Shown here: positions 1 through 8,316 of the stretch, piece by piece | Layout of the letters: each line of letters starts with the position of its first letter | Position numbering within the stretch: the stretch's first letter is position 1 | Origin: Candidatus Nitrosocaldus schleperae | GTDB lineage: Archaea > Thermoproteota > Nitrososphaeria > Nitrososphaerales > Nitrosocaldaceae | DNA: 32,000 bases | Assembly (NCBI GenBank): GCA_013538805.1 | Contig: JABXGR010000011.1 | Coordinates: forward strand, 7,020 to 39,019 | Reading direction: 5' to 3' | Program-made: the position numbers and the translations under genes | Notes under the pieces: generated by a model | Databases searched by the model: none | What the model was told of the DNA's origin: nothing | Seen by the model: only the letters and a program-made list of their open reading frames with translations

Positions 1-108
1 GAACTACGATGGCTCATGGAGTGAGTGGGGTAACGCTGTAGGGCTACCAATAGAGAAGTAAAGAAAGACAGAAAGAAAGAAAGACAACCATCCACTATAT
101 TTTTATAG

Positions 109-2841
109 TCAGGTTAGTTCAAGCCTCCCTATTAGAGTATCTTCATCCAATGCCTCAAGCCTAAAGCCCATCCTCTTCATAAGATCTATTATCCTAGCAT
201 TACTTGCAAGCATAACTGCATTAACAGCCTTGACATTCATATCCTCAGCTATCTCAAGTATGTAATCCACAAGTTTTGTGCCTAGTCCTAATCCCTGCCA
301 TGGATCTGCAACTATTACTGCTACCTCACCCTCTCTATAGCCATCCTTACCCCTACTCCTCCAATCTATTACTAGACTTGCTACACCTATTATCCTCTTT
401 GCATTACCCTCGCTAAGCTCAGCAACTATGCTCATCTCCCTAGCATAGTCTATGTTACAGTATCTAACTATCTGCTCATGAGGAGTATCCTTTATTACCG
501 TGAAGAACCTCTGATACACACTCTCTTGAGAGAGATGCTTGAACATATCGAGCCAGAGAGGCTCATCTTCAGGCTTTATTGGTCTTAGGAGTACTGTCCT
601 TCCATCCTTTAGCGTCCATAGCCTCTCATACCTCTTTGGATAAGGGCTTATCACTAGATGCCTATAAGGGTCATGATCCTTGCTTGTCCTTGCTCTAGCC
701 CTTACCTCATCTATCACTATCCTTGCATCTAGAGCAATTATGTCCTTGCCATGAACAAGCAATGGGTTTATATCAACCTCCTCTATCTCTGGGAAGTCTA
801 TCAGCATCTGAGAGAATGATACAAGCAACTGCTCCAATGCCCTCATATCTACTGCTGGTATATCCCTGTAACCCCTGAGTATTCTGTATACTCTAGTCTC
901 CTCAATGAGCATCCTTGCAAGGACTTGGTTTAATGGAGGTAGACCTACAGCAAAGTCTCTGAATATCTCAACTCCTACACCTCCCATGCCGAAGAGTATC
1001 ACTGGCCCAAATATTGGATCATGCCTTGCCCCAAGGATGACCTCTACGCCTTTCTTAGTAACCATAGGTTGGACTGTAACACCATCTATCCTAGCATCTG
1101 GCATCCTAGACTTGACATTCTGCATCATCCTGTTGTACGCTTCTCTAACCTCATCCTCATCCTTAAGGTTAAGCATGACTCCTCCCACATCGCTCTTATG
1201 CGTTATATCCTTAGAGTAGATCTTTAGCACTACAGGGTAGCCTATGCTTGATGCTAGTGCTACTGCCTCATCCTCGCTCCTTGCAATTAAAGTTCTTACA
1301 ACTGGTATGTTGTAGTATGAGATGAACTCTTTAGACTCTACCTCATCCAGAACCTTCCTCTTCTCTGCTATAGCATTATTTATCATTGTTAGCAATGGTC
1401 TCTTTGGTGGCATGAAGTCTATGAGTGCTTCAGGTGTCTGATACAGCATCTCAAGCCTATGCTTGTACTGGTACATGTAGATGAATGTCTTTACAGCCTG
1501 CTCTGGAGTATCGTATGTAGGGATGCCATTCTCGTTGAGTATCCTGTTTGCTTCATGCTGGAACATGAAGGATGTGAGGATTGGTTTGATTATACCACGC
1601 CCACCCCCACCACCATCATCACTACTACTACTCTTACATACATCAACAACGGTCTTTGCTATCTCTGTAGAGTCTATCATGGTTGGTGTGTATATTACAA
1701 GGATGCCATCAACATTGCTATCCTTCAAGCATAGTTCTAATGCCCTCCTATACCTTGATGCATCTGCATCCCCTATTAGATCTACAGGGTTGCCCTTGCT
1801 CCAATGCTTTGGAAGTACTTTGTTGAGTTCTTCTATAGTGTTAGGGTCCAACTCTGCCAACCTTCCTCCACTTGTCAGTAATGCATCTGTAGCCATTATC
1901 GCTGGTCCTCCAGCATTCGTTATTATTGCTAGCCTAGGTCCATTGGGCAATGGCTGCTTTGCCAATGCCTCAGCACAGTTGAAGAGTTCAGATATCTCAT
2001 CGACCCTTATTATCCCTGCCCTCTTGAATGCTGCATCATACACAACATCCTCACCTGCAAGGGAGCCTGTATGCGACTGCACTGCTCTAGCACTCTCTGC
2101 AAACTTGCCTGCCTTCACAACTATTATAGGCTTTGTCCTAGCGAAGTGCCTTGCAGCGCTTATGAACCTCTTTGCATCACTTATCCCCTCAACGTAGAGG
2201 AGGATGCTCTTTGTCTCTGGATCCTTGCCTAAATACTCTATAAGGTCTCCAAAGTCAACATCAAGCATTGAGCCTACGGAGATGAATGCACTAAACCCTA
2301 TACTCTCATCTATAGCCCATTCTACTATAGCTGAGCCAAGTGCACCACTCTGGGAGATGAAGGCAACGTTCCCTGGCTCTGGTGTCCTGCTTAGGAATGT
2401 TGCATTAAGGTTACTGCTAGGCCTTATTATGCCAAGGCAGTTTGGCCCTATTATGTTTAGAGCGTACTTATCCCTAGCCTCTATTATCTTTGCTTCAAGT
2501 GCCCTGCCTTCCTCACCAACCTCTCTGAAACCTGCAGAGATTATGATGAGGTTCTTCACACCTGCTCTGCCACACTGCTCAACTATCCCTGGTACTGTTG
2601 GTGCTGGTGTTGCTATAACAGCAAGATCAACGCTCTCTGGTATATCCTCTACACTCTTGTAAGCCTTTACACCCAACACTTCATCCTTCCTTATGTTCAC
2701 TGGGTACACATTGCCCTTGCCCTTGCCCTTATACTCCATGAGGTTCTTCATAAGCCTCCAGCCCACAGTACCTTCCTCATCACTAGCCCCTATCACAGCT
2801 ATGCTCCTTGGACTAAAGAAGGATGAGAGATCGCTAGCCAT
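109..2841 (-). CDS. ADP-forming acyl-CoA synthetase (fused ACD-type alpha+beta domains) with a C-terminal GNAT acetyltransferase domain; Pat-like architecture
   Basis: The N-terminus has a CoA-binding motif (SIAVIGAS...VYPVN), followed by NCLGII and SQSGALG ligase-CoA motifs. SHTGSLAG contains His257 (codon 2071-2073). An ATP-grasp segment follows (GYPVVLKIYSKDITHKSDVGGV). The C-terminal GNAT domain has the acetyl-CoA motif QGLGLGTKL. The ATG at 2839-2841 overlaps the phaC stop by 8 nt. Confidence 0.85.
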   Translation of the reverse strand: MASDLSSFFSPRSIAVIGASDEEGTVGWRLMKNLMEYKGKGKGNVYPVNIRKDEVLGVKAYKSVEDIPESVDLAVIATPAPTVPGIVEQCGRAGVKNLIIISAGFREVGEEGRALEAKIIEARDKYALNIIGPNCLGIIRPSSNLNATFLSRTPEPGNVAFISQSGALGSAIVEWAIDESIGFSAFISVGSMLDVDFGDLIEYLGKDPETKSILLYVEGISDAKRFISAARHFARTKPIIVVKAGKFAESARAVQSHTGSLAGEDVVYDAAFKRAGIIRVDEISELFNCAEALAKQPLPNGPRLAIITNAGGPAIMATDALLTSGGRLAELDPNTIEELNKVLPKHWSKGNPVDLIGDADASRYRRALELCLKDSNVDGILVIYTPTMIDSTEIAKTVVDVCKSSSSDDGGGGGRGIIKPILTSFMFQHEANRILNENGIPTYDTPEQAVKTFIYMYQYKHRLEMLYQTPEALIDFMPPKRPLLTMINNAIAEKRKVLDEVESKEFISYYNIPVVRTLIARSEDEAVALASSIGYPVVLKIYSKDITHKSDVGGVMLNLKDEDEVREAYNRMMQNVKSRMPDARIDGVTVQPMVTKKGVEVILGARHDPIFGPVILFGMGGVGVEIFRDFAVGLPPLNQVLARMLIEETRVYRILRGYRDIPAVDMRALEQLLVSFSQMLIDFPEIEEVDINPLLVHGKDIIALDARIVIDEVRARARTSKDHDPYRHLVISPYPKRYERLWTLKDGRTVLLRPIKPEDEPLWLDMFKHLSQESVYQRFFTVIKDTPHEQIVRYCNIDYAREMSIVAELSEGNAKRIIGVASLVIDWRSRGKDGYREGEVAVIVADPWQGLGLGTKLVDYILEIAEDMNVKAVNAVMLASNARIIDLMKRMGFRLEALDEDTLIGRLELT

Positions 2842-4306
2842 CTATACCACCTGAGGATATGCCAACATCTCCATTATCCTTACCCCCTCCTCCTACACCC
2901 CTCTCTCTAGCCTCTTCTATGATGCTAGACCTAGCCTTCTCAATAACCCATCTTGCAACACTTGGCCAGAGTTGCTTATGTGCAATGCTACTTATGCATA
3001 GACCAACATGCCCTCCTGGTATGCTCATAACCCTCTTCTCCTTACTTGAGATGTGATCGTTAACTGCAAGTGTTGATGCTGGTGCTGTAAGATCATCATT
3101 TTCAGCAACTATTGTAAGGATTGGTAGATCTATGCTCTTAAGATCAACCCTCTTACCATCAACCTCTAGTAACCCCCTCACTAGCATATTCCCCTTGTAT
3201 AGATCCTCTATTACCTGCTCATAGAACCTACCTGGCACATTTGGTGTATTGTAGAGCCATCTCTCAACTGCATAGAAAGTCTCTACAAAGGCTCTATCGT
3301 TAATCCTCTTCCATAGGTTGAGGTACTTCATAACAGTATATCTTACAGGATTGCGTAATAGGAATGCTATATCCAATGCTTGTCCATTCATATGCCCATA
3401 CTCTGCAACAAGCCTCCTAGCATCTATAGCCTTTGCCCATACAGCAAGTATACCATCATCCTTATCAAAGTCAACTGGTGCTGCCATAACTATGAGGCTG
3501 TTCAGTTTCTGCTTGTAAAGTGAAGCATAGATGAGTGATACTATTCCACCCCAACAGTAGCCAAGCATTGATATCCTATCCTTACTGCTTACCTCTCTAA
3601 CCCTATCCACAGCCTCATCAAGAATATGTATGTAATCTTCAAGTGAGAGATGCTCATCCTCATAGCCCATATGCCCCCAGTCTAGCATATATACATCCAA
3701 CCCTTCATCCATGAGCCTCCTCACAACACTCTTATCCTTACTCACATCCATTATATGATACCTGTTTATCATGGCATAGACTATGAGTATAGGGTACCCT
3801 TTACCTCCTCTATAGTGTAGAAGCCTAACCTTACCCTTGCTATACACAACATCATAACTACTTGCATCTACAGGCAGATCCTGTGTTGATAGCATGAATG
3901 AGAGCATCCTTGTGTATGATCTGAACTGCTCTGCAAGTACATCCTCAAGTATGTTATCGTAATCCTTTACAGGGTAGACCATCCTAAGCATGGCATGTAT
4001 GCTGAGCCATGAGCCAAGGTAATCTGTGAGCATATGGGCAAACCTCTCCGACTTCAACTCCTCATCAAGCATAACATCCATGATGTTAAGCATCCTCATG
4101 TATGGATGCTCTTTGCCTCTTCCTATACCATCCTCCTGCAATACCATCATCAATGCTTTATAGAATATGCTTGAGTATGTATCTGATATCTTGAGCATAC
4201 TGCTAGCCATCCCTAGCCACTCTAATGCTAGTCTGTTGTATACAAGTGGTAATGGTAATGGCAGACTCCTAGACCTCTCCCTTATGTACTCTATGGTCAT
4301 GGTCAT
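2834..4306 (-). CDS. phaC: Poly(3-hydroxyalkanoate) synthase, class III PhaC-like alpha/beta hydrolase with an N-terminal extension of about 100-130 aa
   Basis: The lipase-box-like GYCWGG contains Cys251 (codon 3554-3556). Asp404 (AENDDLTAP) and His433 (PGGHVGL) align with the Cys-Asp-His triad of Allochromatium-type PhaC as I recall that sequence. ILIVYAMINRYHIMD and YMLDWG match conserved class III blocks. The C-terminus is a Gly-rich low-complexity tail. Confidence 0.85.
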   Translation of the reverse strand: MTMTIEYIRERSRSLPLPLPLVYNRLALEWLGMASSMLKISDTYSSIFYKALMMVLQEDGIGRGKEHPYMRMLNIMDVMLDEELKSERFAHMLTDYLGSWLSIHAMLRMVYPVKDYDNILEDVLAEQFRSYTRMLSFMLSTQDLPVDASSYDVVYSKGKVRLLHYRGGKGYPILIVYAMINRYHIMDVSKDKSVVRRLMDEGLDVYMLDWGHMGYEDEHLSLEDYIHILDEAVDRVREVSSKDRISMLGYCWGGIVSLIYASLYKQKLNSLIVMAAPVDFDKDDGILAVWAKAIDARRLVAEYGHMNGQALDIAFLLRNPVRYTVMKYLNLWKRINDRAFVETFYAVERWLYNTPNVPGRFYEQVIEDLYKGNMLVRGLLEVDGKRVDLKSIDLPILTIVAENDDLTAPASTLAVNDHISSKEKRVMSIPGGHVGLCISSIAHKQLWPSVARWVIEKARSSIIEEARERGVGGGGKDNGDVGISSGGIDG

Positions 4307-4327
4307 GAGAGTGATGATATAAAAGTA

Positions 4328-4335
4328 TATTTAAA
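4328..4335 (-). promoter_or_regulatory. TATA-box-like element (minus-strand TTTAAATA) upstream of phaC
   Basis: It matches the archaeal TATA consensus and is centred about 25 nt upstream of the phaC ATG at 4306. This implies a leaderless or very short-leader transcript. Confidence 0.5.
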
Positions 4336-4373
4336 TCATTACCATTACAAGGCTCATTATGCCTTATTATGCC

Positions 4374-5150
4374 TTATCTTACCCTAATAAACCCTATACC
4401 ATCAGACTTCCTTACTAGCATGTGTATCAATGGCTCTTCCCTCCTTATCTCAAGGAGTTCATGTCCTCTCTCCTCACTCCACCTAACTATCTCTATATCT
4501 GCTGTAGGATCATCAGATACTATATGCACAACCTCGCCCTTCTCTATCCTTGCTATGAGTTCATCCAACTTTGGGATCACTGCAGCACACTCAACCCCTA
4601 TCTCAACCATCTCATGATCAGGGAATGCAGAGAAGCATCTAACATGCATCTCCCTTATCTTCTCAGCAAGTTTATCCTTACATCTCTCTATTGGTTCGAG
4701 TAGGTCAAGGTCTCTAGCATCGTGAACCTCAAGCACTGCTATCCAACCATCTCCATATGGATGATCATTAACAATCTTTGGCTTATCTGCTACCAACTTG
4801 TTCATCTCAACTATCCTACCCCTAACAGGGGATCTTACTACGCCAAAGTACCTTAGGCTCTCTATACTTGCTATACTCTTGCCCTTATCAACCTCAGTGC
4901 CTTCAGGTTTTATCCTTACGCTGGTAAGCCTGCCTGCAACATATGCAAGTATGCTTGTTATCCCTAGCCTTACCCTAAGTACCCTACCTCCAGTTATACT
5001 GCTTTCATTGCCCTCTTCTCTACCTCCCCATCCCCTCATACCAGCAGGATCTTCCACCCTTGCCCATACAAGATTCTCCAGATCGTACAGCAGGGTATCA
5101 TCGAACTCACAGTTATCTATCCTGATCATAGCAGCATCAGGTACAACCAA
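4374..5150 (-). CDS. Fusion protein: N-terminal glycine-cleavage-H-like (lipoyl-domain fold) and C-terminal TusA/SirA-like domain
   Basis: Residues about 60-145 align with GcvH (IASIESLRYFGVVRSPVRGRIVEMN...PYGDGWIAVLEV), but the lipoyl-Lys position is Arg100 (AGG, codon 4851-4853). Residues about 180-250 resemble TusA (ECAAVIPKLDELIARIEKGEVVHIVSDDPTADIEIVRWSEERGHELL). Cys188 (codon 4587-4589) is kept but the canonical CPxP is not. Confidence 0.65.
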   Translation of the reverse strand: MVVPDAAMIRIDNCEFDDTLLYDLENLVWARVEDPAGMRGWGGREEGNESSITGGRVLRVRLGITSILAYVAGRLTSVRIKPEGTEVDKGKSIASIESLRYFGVVRSPVRGRIVEMNKLVADKPKIVNDHPYGDGWIAVLEVHDARDLDLLEPIERCKDKLAEKIREMHVRCFSAFPDHEMVEIGVECAAVIPKLDELIARIEKGEVVHIVSDDPTADIEIVRWSEERGHELLEIRREEPLIHMLVRKSDGIGFIRVR

Positions 5151-5246
5151 ATCCTATTTATCCTTAATAGTTAGATAGTAACGCTTTATTATTTACAATT
5201 GTATATATCTTTAGATGTAGAGTGTTAGGATGGGGAAGAGGATGTT

Positions 5247-6050
5247 ATGCATAGCATAGCCATAAGCATAATAAGGAATCTACTCAACATTACTGGAGCA
5301 TATAAGGTGTATGAGTGGTATCTGGAGAAGCAGTTGGATCCTAGAAGGATACCAAACCATATAGGCATAATAATGGATGGGAATAGGAGATGGTCTGAAT
5401 CATTCATGTTTGATAAGTTCGATGGCTATGCTATTGGTGCAGATAAGGTGTACAAGGCAGTTGAGTGGTGCATAGACCTTGGGGTAAGGCAGATAACACT
5501 CTACGTACTCTCAACAGAGAATCTTAGGAGGAGCAAGGAAGATCTTGAATCACTCTTCAGGGTACTTGAATCAAGGCTAGATAGCCTCTACCATGATCCA
5601 AGGGTGTATGAGAAGAGGATGAGGATAAAGGCTATAGGCAAGGTTGAGAGGTTGCCTGAGAGCATAAGGGCTAAGATACATAGGCTTGAGGAGGCTACGA
5701 GGGAGCATGATGGTTACTATATAACGTTAGCAGTAGCATATGGAGGGAGGGCAGAGATAGTTGAGAGTATAAAGAGGATAGCAGAGAAGGTGAAGAGGGG
5801 AGAGATAGAGCCAGATGATATAGATGAGAAGGTTATAGAGGACCATCTCTTCACTAGAGATCTACCAAAACAAGAGCCAGATCTCATAATAAGGACATCT
5901 GGAGAGGTTAGGCTTAGTGGTTTCCTGCTCTGGCAGTCAGCGTACAGCGAGCTTGTATTCCTAGATGTTCTATGGCCAGAGTTCAGGAGGATAGATCTGC
6001 TTAGAGCCATAAGGATATATCAGAGCAGGAAGAGACGTTATGGACTATGA
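5247..6050 (+). CDS. uppS: cis-prenyltransferase (undecaprenyl-diphosphate synthase family)
   Basis: HIGIIMDGNRRW and IRTSGEVRLSGFLLWQSAYSELVF are hallmark UppS motifs. Confidence 0.9.
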   Translation: MHSIAISIIRNLLNITGAYKVYEWYLEKQLDPRRIPNHIGIIMDGNRRWSESFMFDKFDGYAIGADKVYKAVEWCIDLGVRQITLYVLSTENLRRSKEDLESLFRVLESRLDSLYHDPRVYEKRMRIKAIGKVERLPESIRAKIHRLEEATREHDGYYITLAVAYGGRAEIVESIKRIAEKVKRGEIEPDDIDEKVIEDHLFTRDLPKQEPDLIIRTSGEVRLSGFLLWQSAYSELVFLDVLWPEFRRIDLLRAIRIYQSRKRRYGL

Positions 6051-6083
6051 AGAGTAGTGCATGGTTAAACTTCTATTACTGCC

Positions 6084-6785
6084 ATGTTAGGGTTAGTACT
6101 CTTCATCATATATATGGTGATTAGCAGTTCTGCATCTATGCTCATACCTATCCTAGGGATTACGTACATACCATTCATTCAGTACTTCGATACATCTATG
6201 CTAGTAAGGGTAGCAGAGGCCATGGTACCACTTACATATGCAATAGTGATAGGTATAGGCACTACGCAAGGTGTTATAATAGGGGAAGCGATAGTTGAGA
6301 GGTTCCCAAGGCTGACATTCCATACTAGAGTAGCATCTATAACACTCTTCGCTCTGTTTGCAGCAAATGCTGTTGTGAATGTCCTAAGGTTCATAAGCCC
6401 AATGAAGATCCATACTCCTCCAATACTTAATGGTAGTGAGGGGTTAGCAATGGTAAGTAAGTTGCTAGATATAAGCAATCCTACAACACTTCTGATGTTC
6501 TCCATCAGCATGCTGGTATTTGCCTTGCTCAGCATGTTAAGGATCAGAGATTACAGGAGATCTTTCTTACTCATCATAAGCATAGTTATGGCCTTCATAA
6601 CATCTGCCCTAGTCTTCTCAGATTACAAGCCATCTGAGTTCGAGGTACTCCTCTACGCTCTCTACCAAGCAGGTATGGTTGGAGGTGTAGCACTAGGTAC
6701 AAGGAGGCAGTTGAGCAACAGGGAGATAAGGTTCAGGTATATGAAGGAGAGATGGATTGGTAATAGCGATGATAACTATTATTAG
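6084..6785 (+). CDS. Polytopic integral membrane protein, unknown function
   Basis: The 233-aa ORF has about 6 hydrophobic segments and the same codon usage as its neighbours. I recognise no motif. Confidence 0.55.
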   Translation: MLGLVLFIIYMVISSSASMLIPILGITYIPFIQYFDTSMLVRVAEAMVPLTYAIVIGIGTTQGVIIGEAIVERFPRLTFHTRVASITLFALFAANAVVNVLRFISPMKIHTPPILNGSEGLAMVSKLLDISNPTTLLMFSISMLVFALLSMLRIRDYRRSFLLIISIVMAFITSALVFSDYKPSEFEVLLYALYQAGMVGGVALGTRRQLSNREIRFRYMKERWIGNSDDNYY

Positions 6786-6853
6786 AGGATTGTGGGGATG
6801 GGTGGGAGAGTAGAACGCTAGAGTAAATACTTAATTCATCACTAACTAACTAT

Positions 6854-8260
6854 CTATGCTTGTTTTGTAATAGTTCCATCCTTTAAGCGGAGTATTGTGT
6901 AAAGGGGTATAATAACAATGCCAACAAAGAACATGGCAAGGTAAGGGGCATCTATGCTGAATGCATCAGCAACCACGCCAGAGGCTATTGGTCCTAACGC
7001 CCATCCTATTCCAAATACGGTCTCATACAATCCTACCATACTACCTATCATCGTGATGGGTACGTAGCGGGTAAGCATGGTAAGTGTTATAGGAAAGTAG
7101 ATGCTGAATGCAAAGCCTAATGCTAGCAGTGCTACACCAAATGATGGTGGTGTTGGTGCAGTATGCATTATAAGCATAGATGATGCTATTGCACTACTTG
7201 CAATGAGTATGCTGATATGCTCATACCTTGCAAAGAGTTGTATTGAGAGTAATGTTAGCAACCTTGCTATCCCAAATATGAAGAAGAGTATGCCTATCAA
7301 TTGCTCATCAACACCATTATCCTTCATATAACTTGGTACTATTGAGAGCAGTATTGCAAACGATGCACTGTAGTACATTATCATTGCTATAAGCATGATC
7401 CTACCCTTAACCAGGCTCATCAAGGTTAGATGTGCTTTACTGATACCAATCCTTCCCTTCTCCTCCTCCTGCCCATTCTTTATGCTATAATCAGGGTAGC
7501 CTTTCTTCATAGATAATAGGATGATGATAATGGAGCATACCAATGCTGGGATGATCATAGTTGAAGAATATATGAATAGTTGAAGGTATCCTAGATGGAA
7601 TAGTGATGAGCCTATGAGTGGACCTATCATATAGCCAGAGACCCATGCCATGGTGAATCTTGATATAGATCTTACACTACTTAAACTACTACCATTGCTA
7701 CTACTACTACCACTACCACTATTGCTGTTGCTGTTGCTGCTATTGCTACTACCCTTATCCCTACCACCACTACTGCTACTATTACTGCTACTAGAATAGC
7801 TGCCATCTCTCTCAAGGTCTTTGCTATATCTATCAACCCTCATACTCATGCTTATGATAGCCTCTGCAGATGGCCAGAAGAATGCATGTGCTATTCCAGA
7901 GAATGCTCTTATCAGTGCAAGGTCAACTACGCTCCTCGCTAGGCTTAACATCGCTATCGATGCTAGAGCCATACCAACCCCTGATAGAAGTATGCTTCCT
8001 TTGTTAATCCTATCTAGTAGCAATCCAACCATGAATGGGAAGAATGCATAAGGGATGTAGTTTGCCATGCCTATCATACCAACCTCTGTGTATGTTGCAT
8101 CTAGAACTTCTCTTGCAAAGACTGGAACCAATGGTACATGAGCACCATACGCTATACCCATGGAGAGTGCACAGATGTAGAGTAGGAGGAGTGTAATGCT
8201 ATACTTCCCCCTCCTCCCCTCTTCTCCCTTCTTCTTACCATCGTATCTATCGTAACCCAT
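6854..8260 (-). CDS. Major facilitator superfamily transporter with a Ser/Asn/Gly-rich central loop insertion
   Basis: There are about 12 TM segments in a 6+6 arrangement, with an MFS-like loop motif (LLLDRINKG). The central cytoplasmic loop is expanded by a poly-S/N/G tract. Confidence 0.75.
   Translation of the reverse strand: MGYDRYDGKKKGEEGRRGKYSITLLLLYICALSMGIAYGAHVPLVPVFAREVLDATYTEVGMIGMANYIPYAFFPFMVGLLLDRINKGSILLSGVGMALASIAMLSLARSVVDLALIRAFSGIAHAFFWPSAEAIISMSMRVDRYSKDLERDGSYSSSSNSSSSGGRDKGSSNSSNSNSNSGSGSSSSNGSSLSSVRSISRFTMAWVSGYMIGPLIGSSLFHLGYLQLFIYSSTMIIPALVCSIIIILLSMKKGYPDYSIKNGQEEEKGRIGISKAHLTLMSLVKGRIMLIAMIMYYSASFAILLSIVPSYMKDNGVDEQLIGILFFIFGIARLLTLLSIQLFARYEHISILIASSAIASSMLIMHTAPTPPSFGVALLALGFAFSIYFPITLTMLTRYVPITMIGSMVGLYETVFGIGWALGPIASGVVADAFSIDAPYLAMFFVGIVIIPLYTILRLKDGTITKQA
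7680..7800. repeat. Trinucleotide-type low-complexity tract (GCT/ACT/ATT units) encoding the poly-Ser/Asn/Gly loop of the MFS protein
   Basis: Runs of ctactactac, cactaccact and gctgttgctgttgctgc are visible. They translate to SSSSNSSSSGGRDKGSSNSSNSNSNSGSGSSSSNGSS. Confidence 0.7.
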
Positions 8261-8316
8261 GCATATCTTAGAGGATTGATATATTATTACTCTTTACATC
8301 ACCTCTTACCGATTAG

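Noticed and set aside
2-61. A frame open to the left window edge and ending in TAA at 59-61 (…NYDGSWSEWGNAVGLPIEK), possibly the 3' end of a plus-strand gene convergent with the acyl-CoA synthetase-GNAT gene.
   Set aside because: Only 19 codons are visible with no identifiable motif, so it cannot be supported as a feature.
1481-2197. Long antisense ORFs opposite confirmed genes. Examples are 1481-2197(+) 238 aa, 2204-2662(+), 9424-9978(-) 184 aa, 9794-10273(-), 14663-15202(-) 179 aa, 10786-11190(-), 17633-18085(+), 27576-27947(-) and 30266-30631(-).
   Set aside because: Each lies fully inside a well-supported gene on the other strand. Their compositions are Ser/Pro/Cys/Leu-rich with no recognisable motifs, and they do not share the AGG/ATA/GAG codon bias of the real genes. 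These are typical shadow ORFs.
4356-4375. A tandem duplication of the 10-mer ATTATGCCTT spanning the stop codon of the GcvH/TusA-like gene.
   Set aside because: There are only two copies in an AT-rich spacer and no further structure. It is probably a slippage remnant without demonstrable function.
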